Source: Planctomycetota bacterium
GTDB lineage: Bacteria > Planctomycetota > UBA8108 > SXIK01
Reading direction: 5' to 3'
Assembly (NCBI GenBank): GCA_965223845.1
Contig: CBDCXR010000004.1
Location: 2,720,001-2,784,000, forward strand
DNA length: 64,000 nt
In this document: piece after piece, positions 29,595-38,748 of the stretch
Numbering within the stretch: the stretch's first letter is position 1
How the letters are laid out: each line of letters opens with the position of its first letter
The notes under the pieces: model-generated
Databases searched by the model: none
What the model saw: the letters and a program-made list of their open reading frames with translations, nothing else
What the model was told of the DNA's origin: nothing
Position numbers and translations under genes: made by a program

Positions 29595-32573
29595 TCACGT
29601 ACCGAAGAGCCTCGCCTCTTCCTCGTGGACTACCGTCACCTTGGCGTTGATCAGAACGAACAGGTTGCGCCGGAGCGTCGAGACTCCACGCCGCCCGAGG
29701 ATCAGGTTGAGGATCGGCATATCGAGGAGGCCGGGCACGCCGATCGACGTCTTCGTCGCGATTTCCTGTTTGAGTCCACCGACCAGCACCGTACCGCCGT
29801 CGGGAACGGTGACGGTCGTCTTGATCTTCGTAACCGAGAGCACGGGCAACTCGACCGGAACCACCGTGAAGTTTCCGGACAGGTTGAGCCGTGCCACGTC
29901 GCTCTCGAGCTGCTCGGCCAGCGTCGGCTGGAGCTCGAGGACGACGTACTTGCGATCGTAGCTGAGCGTCGGTCTCACCTCGAGGATGGAGCCCGAGTTG
30001 AGGACGCCGATCACCGGGTTGATGACCGGGATGACACCCGTCTGGTTGACCTCGAGGTCCTGGATGTACGCGCTCTGCTGGACGACCAGCGTGTGGGAGG
30101 TCTGCCCGTTGAACGCGGTGACCCGCGGGGAGTTGAGGCGCCGCACTTCCTGCTCCTTCGCGACGCCGGTGAGGATCGCTTCGAGCTGGAATCGCTCGGC
30201 CTTGAGAACGTTGAGCTGGTAGACGCCGCCGCCCTCGTTCGTGAGGTTGAACGGATTCACGGCGGAGCCGAGCGGGGTGCTCAGATTGCCGATCGACGCG
30301 ATACGCGCGTTGTAGTCGCCCTGCGGGTTGACGTACTCGTACCCGGGCTGAACGCTCGTCCCTGCGCCGTCGATATCGGGAATCGTGTTCGGGAGGAAGG
30401 TATTGCTCGCACTACCGAAGTCGACGCCGATCTCCTCGAGGAAGTTGTCGTTAATATCGAGGAAGCGCGACTCGACGGTCACCATGACGCCGGTCGACTT
30501 GCGGAACTGCTTGAGGAGCTTCACGAGCTTCAAGTGATTCGCGAGCGTCGTCCGCGCCGCGAGCTTTCCGGCCATGAGGCTGATCCCGGCTTCGTCACCG
30601 CCGCCGCCATCATCCTCATCGCCGCCGCCTTCGAGCTCCTTTCGGATCAGGTCGAGCAGCACGTCCGTCTCGAGCGGCCCCTGCGCTTCGGGCTCCCCAC
30701 CGAGGTCGATGAGGCTCTCGTCGCCGCCCGTCTTTCCCGCGAGCTCGTCGAGCGCGAGCCCCGGAGCCTTGAAGTCCGGACGCGAGCTGATCAGGTCGTT
30801 GATGTCGTAGAACTTGAGGTACTTCCGCACATTCAGGGACTCTTGCGGACCGATCTGAACCGCGCCGTCCTTGATGGCGTATCCGAAACCCGTCCCCGCC
30901 TTCGATCCAATCGTCTGGAGGATGATCTTGAGGATGCTCTCGAGCGGGAGATTGTTGTACTGCGGAAGCTGGATCGTCTCCTCTTCGTGCTCCGCACCCT
31001 CGCGGGTGAGAACGAAGTTGATCGCGGAAATCTCCCGGAGGGTGTTGAGGACGTCCTTGAACGACGTCTCCTGCTCGAAGTTGAGGCTGTGCTTGGCGAG
31101 AAGCTTCGCCTTGATGTCTCGCTCGCTCGCCGTCTCGCTCGCCGCGATCTCGTCTTCGAGGCTGACGACCTTGGGCGCGAGCCGGAACCACTCGTCGCGC
31201 TCCGGATAGCGGAAGATCTGCTGGTAGACGATCGAGCTCTCCTCGATTCCGATCACCGCGAGCTCGTAGTTCTCTGCGTAGGCCTTTCGGAGTCGTTCCT
31301 GCGTCTGCGTCTGCAAGTTGTCGCGCGCGATCTTGAGGCGGAGATTCGCTTCCTTGTCTCGCGCGTCGATGAGGAGAATGCTCTCGTAGAGCGAGACCGC
31401 GCGCTTGTAGTCGCGAGCGTCCTCGGCGGCCCGCGCCTTGCGGCGGAGCTGGCGAAGCTTGTTCTCGACGATGCGGAGGTCCGAGTTTCGCTCCTTCGCC
31501 TTCTGCTCGGCGATCATCTTGCGGAACGCTTCGCGCTCGGCTTCTTCCTGCTCGCTCTTCAGCCGCTCGAGCTGAGCGAGACCGGTCTTGACTTCGGCCT
31601 CGATGGTGTCGAGATCGAGATCGAACGGATAGTTGCGAATGGACTCGAGCACGCGCTCGTAGGCGTCGATGGCCTGAGCGTACTGCTGCTCGTCTTTGTG
31701 CCTCGCCGCTTGCGTCATCAGGCGGTGGATTTCGACCCGCGCCTGTTCCTTCTGCACTTTGTGGGTGTTCACGATATCGCGAATCGTCGCCCCGACTCCG
31801 GCGCCGGAGTCTCCGAGGAGGAGACGCACTTCGTCGAGGAGGCGACCCGCGGCCTCGTTCCCCGGATCGACGGAGACGGCTTCCTCGAGCGCGGCTTCGG
31901 CCTTGAGGAGATCGGCATTCGCGCGGTGGGCTTCCGCCTGACGGACGAGCTCGGCAGCGTGTTCGCGCCGGGCTTCCTTGCCGAGACCGAGCTCGTCGAT
32001 GAGCTGTCCCGGATTGATCTGACGCGTGGGACGGCGCGCGGGACGCGGCGCGGGACGCGTGGGAGCGGGCTCCGGCGCGGGCTCGACGACGGGGGTGTCA
32101 TCGTCGTCGTCGTCGTCGAGGAGGTCGAGATCGTCGTCGTCATCGTCGTCGAGGCTGACGTCACCATCGCCATCGTCGAGGCTGACGTCGTCGTCGTCGT
32201 CGAGCGACAGATCGTCGTCGTCATCCAGATCGAGATCGTCGTCATCGTCTAGACCCAGATCGTCGTCATCGTCCAGGTCGAGATCGTCGTCATCGTCCAG
32301 GTCGAGATCGTCGTCATCATCGTCGTCGAGGTCGAGGAGGCTCTCGATGTCCTCGTCGTCGCTCTCCTGACCCCCTCCGCCGTGAAGACTGCCGCGGTCG
32401 TCGCTCAGCGGCGAGTCCCACTCGCGCGTCTCTTCTCCGAGCAGGATGCCCTGCCGCACCCAATCCTCACTCACGAGCGACGTCTCGCGACGTGGCTGGT
32501 TGCTCGAGCACGCGGCGATGAGCGCCAGCAGAAACCCGACCGCGCAGAAGCTGCTCAGCCTTCTGAAATCCAT
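29595..32573 (-). CDS. Secretin-family lipoprotein with acidic N-terminal repeats, paralog A
   Basis: MDFRR...LIAAC lipobox with AAGGGA RBS; TPR/coiled coil; N0-like FEQETSFKDVL; VTVESRFLDINDNFLEEIGVDF; TTVTVPDGGTVLVGG...VPGLLDMPIL. Confidence 0.88.
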   Translation of the reverse strand: MDFRRLSSFCAVGFLLALIAACSSNQPRRETSLVSEDWVRQGILLGEETREWDSPLSDDRGSLHGGGGQESDDEDIESLLDLDDDDDDDLDLDDDDDLDLDDDDDLGLDDDDDLDLDDDDDLSLDDDDDVSLDDGDGDVSLDDDDDDDLDLLDDDDDDDTPVVEPAPEPAPTRPAPRPARRPTRQINPGQLIDELGLGKEARREHAAELVRQAEAHRANADLLKAEAALEEAVSVDPGNEAAGRLLDEVRLLLGDSGAGVGATIRDIVNTHKVQKEQARVEIHRLMTQAARHKDEQQYAQAIDAYERVLESIRNYPFDLDLDTIEAEVKTGLAQLERLKSEQEEAEREAFRKMIAEQKAKERNSDLRIVENKLRQLRRKARAAEDARDYKRAVSLYESILLIDARDKEANLRLKIARDNLQTQTQERLRKAYAENYELAVIGIEESSIVYQQIFRYPERDEWFRLAPKVVSLEDEIAASETASERDIKAKLLAKHSLNFEQETSFKDVLNTLREISAINFVLTREGAEHEEETIQLPQYNNLPLESILKIILQTIGSKAGTGFGYAIKDGAVQIGPQESLNVRKYLKFYDINDLISSRPDFKAPGLALDELAGKTGGDESLIDLGGEPEAQGPLETDVLLDLIRKELEGGGDEDDGGGGDEAGISLMAGKLAARTTLANHLKLVKLLKQFRKSTGVMVTVESRFLDINDNFLEEIGVDFGSASNTFLPNTIPDIDGAGTSVQPGYEYVNPQGDYNARIASIGNLSTPLGSAVNPFNLTNEGGGVYQLNVLKAERFQLEAILTGVAKEQEVRRLNSPRVTAFNGQTSHTLVVQQSAYIQDLEVNQTGVIPVINPVIGVLNSGSILEVRPTLSYDRKYVVLELQPTLAEQLESDVARLNLSGNFTVVPVELPVLSVTKIKTTVTVPDGGTVLVGGLKQEIATKTSIGVPGLLDMPILNLILGRRGVSTLRRNLFVLINAKVTVVHEEEARLFGT
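32097..32366 (-). repeat. Coding tandem repeat, ~24 bp unit encoding (L/V)x L D5
   Basis: Translation LDLDDDDDDDLDLDDDDDLDLDDDDDLGLDDDDDLDLDDDDDLSLDDDDDVSL... Confidence 0.9.
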
Positions 32574-33370
32574 GACTATCCCTTTCCGGACTCCCGCGAG
32601 GACCGAACGTCCCAGCGGGATCTCGACGCTTGAATGCAGATCACGACCCGCCGCCGGTGTCTCCGAGCGCCGAGCTGGTCGTCTAACTAGCGATGCGAAA
32701 ACCTCAGATCCACGAGTCGGCACGGTGGAACCACTGCGACCAAGAGCCAGAGGGCTGTCGGGCGCCCGAGACGGACGGGGACCACCGATCGAGTCTCTCA
32801 GATCTGTCATGATGAACCTGCTGTAGCCGACGAACGGCACGGTGCGACGCGCACCACCCGTTCGACCGTGGATTGTCCTGAGTTGTGTGATCTAGGCGGA
32901 GGTTCGATCCCGGTTCTCGACGACGACCCGCCCGGACGACGGCGCGAGTTTTGCGCGCCTCGCCGTCCGACGAGGTCCCCGGAGACAACCGCAGGGGCGG
33001 AGTACGGGATCAAAAAAGGAGTGCCACCGGTAGAGCGTTCAGGTGGGGAACGGGGACGCCGAAGGGCCCGAGTGACTCGGGAGACGAACCCCGCGCTCGC
33101 GAACGAAGGATCGATCCGCGAGAGCGACTCGCCGGAGCGCTTCGAGTGCCACCCAGAAGCGAACGGCGAGGCGGTCCGGGTCGAGGCGACCCGAACTCGT
33201 TTCATGTTCCCATTCCCGATTCTGAAAATCTACCTCTTTTCTAACGAACCGTGTTTCTGTCGATCGCAGCTCACCGTTTCGCTCCCGGCGATGCCGAGGG
33301 TTGAAGGTCGAGCCGCGCTGTCATGTTCTTGCCGCAGCACGAATTCGCGTCGCGCCGCGTATGTGAATTC

Positions 33371-34459
33371 CTAATTGCCCCCGAAACCCCGGTTTCCGCG
33401 CCGCGGACGGCGGGTCGGCGCCGGGGAATCGTCGGTCGAAGGCTCCGGCACCGCTTCCACTTCGGCGGGCTCTTCGTCGCCTTCGGTGCCGTCACCGTCG
33501 TCCTCTGAGGCGCCGACGAGGGGCGACCACAGCTCGACCGTGAACGGGCGGTCTTTGCGGGAAATCGGGTAGCGCGCGCCGCGCACGCCCGCGCTGCTAT
33601 CGATGATCGTAACGGACTTCGATGCTTCGTCGATGCGGCGAATCTCGTAGCGATCGTTCCCGAACTTGACGCGCTCGCCGAGCGTCGTGCTCGACTTCGT
33701 CACGACCTCGCCCTTCGCGTAGTCCCAGTACTGATACCGGCACAGAACTCGCGTATCGGTGCCGTCGACCAGCACGTTCGACACGCGGAAGTTGAAGTCG
33801 TAGGGGATCGCCTCCGTCGGCCCCAAGACCTCGGACTCCTGGCGCCGCGCCGCGAGAGGTTCGACGTGTTCGACCGAACGATCCTCGACGGCTTCAGTGA
33901 TGATCTTGTAGGTGTAGGTCTTGCCCGGTTCGACGTCGAAATCCGGATACTGAAAATCGCCGTCCGCTTCGAGCGAGAGCTCACGAAACGAGCCACCCTC
34001 GCCTTCGCTGCGAAGAAGCCGCACCTTCTCGAGGACGATGTTCTCGTTGATCGAGCTCATCTTCCCCTCGACGAGGAGATACACCTTCTTCTTCTGGGCA
34101 TCGCGCAGACAGCTCACCTGAGCCACTGCGGCCGGTTCGTGAACGCTCGCGACGGCTTGAATCTCCTGGGTCCGCTTGATGAGCGCCGGGGCGGCCTCCG
34201 TCAGCCAGCCCGCATCCGTACTGCCGACGCCGGGGTCCCACTGCGAACGCAGAATCCCGACGACATCGACGACGGGATCCTGAAGGAGCGGCTCCTCGGA
34301 TTTCTGCTGGTACGTACGAACTTCCGCATTGAGGTCGTTGCGGATCTTGTCGACGTCCCCGCCGGCAAAGAACGGAAGCGCGATCAGCGCAAGGCCGAGT
34401 ACCGCAGCGATACCGTAGGAGACTTTGTCGATTTGCTGGACTAGGTTCTTTTCGGACAT
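33371..34459 (-). CDS. Membrane-anchored periplasmic protein with Fn3-like domain (PilP/GspC position)
   Basis: N-terminal TM YGIAAVLGLALIALPFF; Fn3-like FQYPDFDVEPGKTYTYKI; acidic/Pro C-terminal tail. Confidence 0.7.
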   Translation of the reverse strand: MSEKNLVQQIDKVSYGIAAVLGLALIALPFFAGGDVDKIRNDLNAEVRTYQQKSEEPLLQDPVVDVVGILRSQWDPGVGSTDAGWLTEAAPALIKRTQEIQAVASVHEPAAVAQVSCLRDAQKKKVYLLVEGKMSSINENIVLEKVRLLRSEGEGGSFRELSLEADGDFQYPDFDVEPGKTYTYKIITEAVEDRSVEHVEPLAARRQESEVLGPTEAIPYDFNFRVSNVLVDGTDTRVLCRYQYWDYAKGEVVTKSSTTLGERVKFGNDRYEIRRIDEASKSVTIIDSSAGVRGARYPISRKDRPFTVELWSPLVGASEDDGDGTEGDEEPAEVEAVPEPSTDDSPAPTRRPRRGNRGFGGN

Positions 34460-34523
34460 GACAACTGGTCCTCAGACAGAGGCCGCGGCCCCTCGTAGAT
34501 GGATTCGTGGGGAGAGCGACGCC

Positions 34524-35519
34524 TCATACGTCATCATCATCATCGTCGTCATCGTCATCATCATCGTCGTCGTCGTCATCATCATCATCGTCGTCGTCAT
34601 CGCCGGCTTCGATCGGATCGTAACCCTTCCAATCGAGAGCACTCAGCTGAAACGCAACCGTGACGACGGCGGGAGAGACGATGCTGTCATACGACGCCCG
34701 TTCGGCTGTCCCGGCGTCGTCGAAGGTCTGTTCCACCTGAAGCCCGATGTACGGAGTGAGCTGCTGGGCGGACTTTTGCGCGGTGAAGCCATCGAGCATG
34801 AAGAGAACGCGGTCGCTCTCGAACAGCTTCGCGAGCGTCTCTTCAACGAGATCGAGCGGCATCTCGACGGTGATATCGAGCGTGATGCGACGGTAGTGCT
34901 CGGTTTCCGTTTCGTCGTCGCCGCTCCGCCCGCCTCCAGTCCGCTCCCCGAAGTTGAGAATCTTCAGGCCGCCGATCTCTAGCGCGGTCAGAGCCTCGAA
35001 CACCTCGCTCACGATCCAAAACTCCCGCATGAAGCGCGGGACCATGTCGTCGGTGATCGCGGAGTCCTCGACGATATCGACCTTCGGGATCTCGTCCCCG
35101 GATTCGCTGTCGACGGTGATTCCGAACTTCTCGCGGTAACTCGACACGATGGCCGAGATTCCCTCGCGGTAACGGGCGGAGAACTCGCCGGCCGACATAT
35201 CGTCAGCGTTCGGATCGAAATACTCGGAGAATTTCGCCTGCCGCCGGTTGTAGAACTCGGCGCCGGCGTTGTGAGCGATGCGCTTGCGCTCGACCCCCGT
35301 CTCCAGCGCGTCGCGGTAGCGTCGCGTCGGCGCGACGTCCGCGCGGTTGTACTTCTTCGCGCTGTCGAGCTCGCGCTGGAGCGCATCGCGTTTCCCGGGG
35401 ATGGAGTCCGACCCGCTCCCGTAGAGGGGCTGGAGGACCAGGAACCACGAGAGCGCGCCGAGAACGACGACGATCGCTCCGAGCGAAATCCAGTAGAGAT
35501 TCTCTTTCAGCTTATCCAT
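34524..35519 (-). CDS. PilO-like bitopic membrane protein with D24 tail
   Basis: N-terminal TM, coiled coil, beta/alpha C-terminal domain; directly follows pilMN. The PilO assignment rests on position and topology. Confidence 0.6.
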   Translation of the reverse strand: MDKLKENLYWISLGAIVVVLGALSWFLVLQPLYGSGSDSIPGKRDALQRELDSAKKYNRADVAPTRRYRDALETGVERKRIAHNAGAEFYNRRQAKFSEYFDPNADDMSAGEFSARYREGISAIVSSYREKFGITVDSESGDEIPKVDIVEDSAITDDMVPRFMREFWIVSEVFEALTALEIGGLKILNFGERTGGGRSGDDETETEHYRRITLDITVEMPLDLVEETLAKLFESDRVLFMLDGFTAQKSAQQLTPYIGLQVEQTFDDAGTAERASYDSIVSPAVVTVAFQLSALDWKGYDPIEAGDDDDDDDDDDDDDDDDDDDDDDDDV

Positions 35520-35579
35520 GCTTCAGACGGTTCCCTTCGGCAGAAGATTTCGCACGAGGACGAGGATCGACGGCTTCGT

Positions 35580-37541
35580 TCATGCGTCGTCGTCATCGTC
35601 ATCATCATCGTCGTCATCATCATCGTTGTAGTATTCGTCGTCATCATCGTCGTCGTCGTCGTCGCCCGCATCCGGGTCTCGGTACTTCTCGGGCAGGACG
35701 TACCACGACGTCAACGCGCCGTAGTACGGCGCGCCGGCTTGCTTCGACTCCTCGTTTCCACCTTCGATCTGCTCTGCGGTCGGATCGTCAACGTAGATCG
35801 CGTTCAAGTTGCCGACGCCGGGCTTGACGACGACCTCCGTCAGATGGGTGAGATCCGCATCACGGATCTGGGCCCGCCCGAGCGCCGTCTCGAGGGGGCG
35901 CTCGAATCGCTCGACAATCGTCTCGTGATCCTGGATCTGGTTACCGCTGCTCTTCACGACGACGAACGCCGAGAACTTGAGCGCCGGCTGCTTGCCGTCT
36001 TCCTTGTTCGATTGTCCGCGCTTCTTCTTGCCGCCGACGTCCTCGGGATAACGGACGGACTCCATCGCCACGTACGGCACCCACATCTTGCCGCTCAATC
36101 CCGCGATGACATCGTCGAGCACCCCTGTGGCGCCCGTCGCGTCTTCCGCCCGGAGCTGCCGGGTCACCGCGTCCTGATTCGGCGTCGACGCGAGCACTCG
36201 CTCGAGCACGCGAATGGCTTCGATCGCGTGATTGCGATGTTTTCCGACTTCGGTCAGCGTCGCCATACCCGAAGCGATCTTCTCGTCCGCCTCCGTGCTG
36301 AACTTCTCGATCTGGGAGTAGACCGACTTCGGCTCCCGGAGCTCGTCCTTAGCGTTTTCGATCGCCGAGGCGATCTGTCCGCGCTTGTGCTGGACGAGCG
36401 CCCACGCGATCAGAATCGCCACGAGGAGAGCGGCCGCCGCGATGAATGCGTGCTTCTTCTTCCGATCGACTTCCTTCTTGACCTTCTCCTCCGTCGGGAT
36501 GAGGTCGACGTCGCACGTCCCGAATCCGATCGCCTGAAGGCCGCCGCCGAGGGCGGGGGCGAACGCCGGCAAATCCGCCTGGAGGAGGCGGACGTTGACC
36601 TCACGGCTCAGCCGCACGCGCCGGATCGATTGGGCGCGCTCGACCGGGACACCGAGGTGCTCCTGGAGGAAATTCTTCAGACCGACCAGCTTCGCGCCGT
36701 TTCCGAAGAGGAATGCTCGGGCGAAGTTCGCTTCCCCGGCCTGGCTTCGGTAGTAACCGATCGACCGGTGGATCTCCTGGACGAGATCGCGGAGTTTCGG
36801 CTGAAGCACGGCGTCGAAAATCTTCTTCGCCTGTTGGGGGTTCCGCCCCATCTGCAGCTTCAGTCGCTCGGCTTCGCTAAACCCGAGCTTGAAGCGCTGC
36901 ATCATCGCCCGAGTGATGTCTTCGGAGCGGTGCGGCAGGGGTCGACTCCAGAACCGCTCTTTGTCGATGAGGACGAGATCGGTGTGCGATGCGCCGAGAT
37001 CGAGAACGATCGCGGGCTCCTCGAGATCGAGGTCATAGGCGGCGAAGTTGAAGAGCGCGAGATTGCTGACCGACAGCATCTCGACGTTGAGGCCCTCGTT
37101 CGCGAAATCGATGAGCGAGTCATCGATGGCCTCGCGTCGAACCGCGAAGAGACTCACGTCGCGCTCTTCGCCGGAGCCGTACTCGCGGTCGACGACGTGA
37201 AAGTCCCAGATGACTTCGTCGAGAGGAAACGGGATCTGCTGCTGCGCCTCGTAGCCGACCATCTCCGCGAGACGTTTCTGGTCGAACGCCGGGATCTTGA
37301 TGAAGCGCATGAACGTTCCCTGGGTGGGGTGAACGACCACCACCGGGTCGCGAACGTCGTTACGCGACTTGAAAATCGCCAGCGCTTCGCGCGCCTGCCC
37401 CGCGTCGAATCCGTCTGCCCCCGCCGTGTAGTCGACCTTGTCGACCGCCAGGATCTCGACGTTGGCCTTATCTCGGCGGAGGTGCACCGCCTTCAGAGAC
37501 GACTTGCCAATATCGACACACCAGATCGTGTGGAATGCCAT
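35580..37541 (-). CDS. pilM: Type IV pilus assembly PilM-PilN fusion with poly-Asp tail
   Basis: Actin-like VDIGKSSLKAV, YEAQQQIPFPLDEVIWDF, LDLGA, EIHRSIGYY, GNGAKLVGL; then VDLIP (PilN INLLP equivalent), TM and coiled coil. Confidence 0.88.
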   Translation of the reverse strand: MAFHTIWCVDIGKSSLKAVHLRRDKANVEILAVDKVDYTAGADGFDAGQAREALAIFKSRNDVRDPVVVVHPTQGTFMRFIKIPAFDQKRLAEMVGYEAQQQIPFPLDEVIWDFHVVDREYGSGEERDVSLFAVRREAIDDSLIDFANEGLNVEMLSVSNLALFNFAAYDLDLEEPAIVLDLGASHTDLVLIDKERFWSRPLPHRSEDITRAMMQRFKLGFSEAERLKLQMGRNPQQAKKIFDAVLQPKLRDLVQEIHRSIGYYRSQAGEANFARAFLFGNGAKLVGLKNFLQEHLGVPVERAQSIRRVRLSREVNVRLLQADLPAFAPALGGGLQAIGFGTCDVDLIPTEEKVKKEVDRKKKHAFIAAAALLVAILIAWALVQHKRGQIASAIENAKDELREPKSVYSQIEKFSTEADEKIASGMATLTEVGKHRNHAIEAIRVLERVLASTPNQDAVTRQLRAEDATGATGVLDDVIAGLSGKMWVPYVAMESVRYPEDVGGKKKRGQSNKEDGKQPALKFSAFVVVKSSGNQIQDHETIVERFERPLETALGRAQIRDADLTHLTEVVVKPGVGNLNAIYVDDPTAEQIEGGNEESKQAGAPYYGALTSWYVLPEKYRDPDAGDDDDDDDDDEYYNDDDDDDDDDDDDDA

Positions 37542-37792
37542 AAAAGCTTCCTCGGGGAGAGCGTTCGGTCAGCCGATACCGCGAGACGACACGGACGTAC
37601 GGACTAGGCCGAGCGCCAGAATCGAGTGCGGGGTCGAGTAAGTGAGGGAACTCGAGCGATTTGCGGACGGCGACAGGCGCTCGGAGATGCCCCGGAAGCG
37701 AAGGATTCGGGAGTGGCTTCGCGGAGGAGAGACGCCTCAGACCAGAAAACCCTAACCGCAAATAACAGGAGAGTTTTTAGCAGAATTCCTGG

Positions 37793-37822
37793 ATCGTAGC
37801 ACACCGTCCGACAGGGTGTCAA
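37793..37822 (-). promoter_or_regulatory. Sigma70-type promoter of the pilM operon
   Basis: Minus strand TTGACA-18 nt-TACGAT with TGn extension, about 250 nt upstream of pilM. Confidence 0.65.
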
Positions 37823-37989
37823 TCCTGGCCGGCGGCGCACGAAACAGTCGATGAGGTCGCGGGTTAGGGCAGAGGCGAGACCTCACCGAAACCTCGCTCA
37901 TCGAACGGCCGAACGACGAAACTCGCGTGCCGAATTCGGCCGTTTCTGCACCCGAATTCCTCCCCTCGGGAGCCGCGAACGAAACACTC

Positions 37990-38748
37990 TCATCCTGCGT
38001 GGAGACCGAGTCGTCCCATGACGAGCTTCAGATCCTCCCACGCGAGCCGCTTGTCTCTCGGCGTACGCAAGAGATACGCGGGATGGAAGGTCGGCAAGAC
38101 CTCGCGCCCGAGGGCGCGGTGGAATCGTCCGCGCAGGCGGCCGAGACTCTCTCCGGAGGCGAGAAGAGCCTGCGCGGCGGTTCGTCCGAGTGCGACGATG
38201 ACCTCCGGATCGACGAGTTCGACCTGGGCGGCGAGGAACCGCGAGCAATGATCGATCTCATCCGGCTCGGGCGTTCGATTCCCGGGCGGCCGGCACTTGA
38301 CGATGTTCGCGATGTAGACGTCTTCGCGAGCGAGGCCCATCGCCCCGATCATCCGGTCGAGAAGCTGCCCCGCGGCGCCGACGAACGGCTCGCCCTGCCG
38401 GTCCTCGTCCGCACCGGGCCCCTCCCCCACGAACATCAGCCTTGCCGCGGGGGCCCCGACGCCGAAGACCGTCTGCGTACGCGTCGAGCAGAGTGGGCAG
38501 CGCGTGCACTCGGCGACCTCGATGCGGAGCGCCGCGAGCTCGCGCTCCGGTTCGGGCGTTCGCGCGGGCGTTCGCGGGTCCCTCGCCGGCCGTGATGCGT
38601 CTTGCCCGCGCGGCGGCGGATCGCTCCGCGAAACGCCCTCCGGCTCGGCCCACCTGACCGGAGGCGTCCAGCCGAACATTCGGTCGATCTCGAGCCGCTG
38701 GCGGACCCCGCGAACGATTCGCTCGAGTGCACTTCGATCTCTGGGCAT
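37990..38748 (-). CDS. Uracil-DNA glycosylase family 4
   Basis: [46 protein letters not shown]. Start uncertain (38748 or 38781). Confidence 0.95.
   Translation of the reverse strand: MPRDRSALERIVRGVRQRLEIDRMFGWTPPVRWAEPEGVSRSDPPPRGQDASRPARDPRTPARTPEPERELAALRIEVAECTRCPLCSTRTQTVFGVGAPAARLMFVGEGPGADEDRQGEPFVGAAGQLLDRMIGAMGLAREDVYIANIVKCRPPGNRTPEPDEIDHCSRFLAAQVELVDPEVIVALGRTAAQALLASGESLGRLRGRFHRALGREVLPTFHPAYLLRTPRDKRLAWEDLKLVMGRLGLHAG

Noticed and set aside
32895-32920. tRNA-like GGTTCGATCCC T-loop
   Set aside because: The flanks do not form a T-stem and no cloverleaf is apparent.
33013-33026. Second sigma54 promoter (TGGCACTCCTTTTTTG)
   Set aside because: No GC at the -12 position at the required spacing.
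33040-33085. c-di-GMP-I riboswitch resemblance (gggacgccgaagggcc)
   Set aside because: Wrong strand for the operon and the P2 GNRA/receptor elements are missing.
32807-33205. 132 aa ORF in the secretin upstream gap
   Set aside because: Arg/Ser/Pro-rich with no motif or clear RBS; unsupported.
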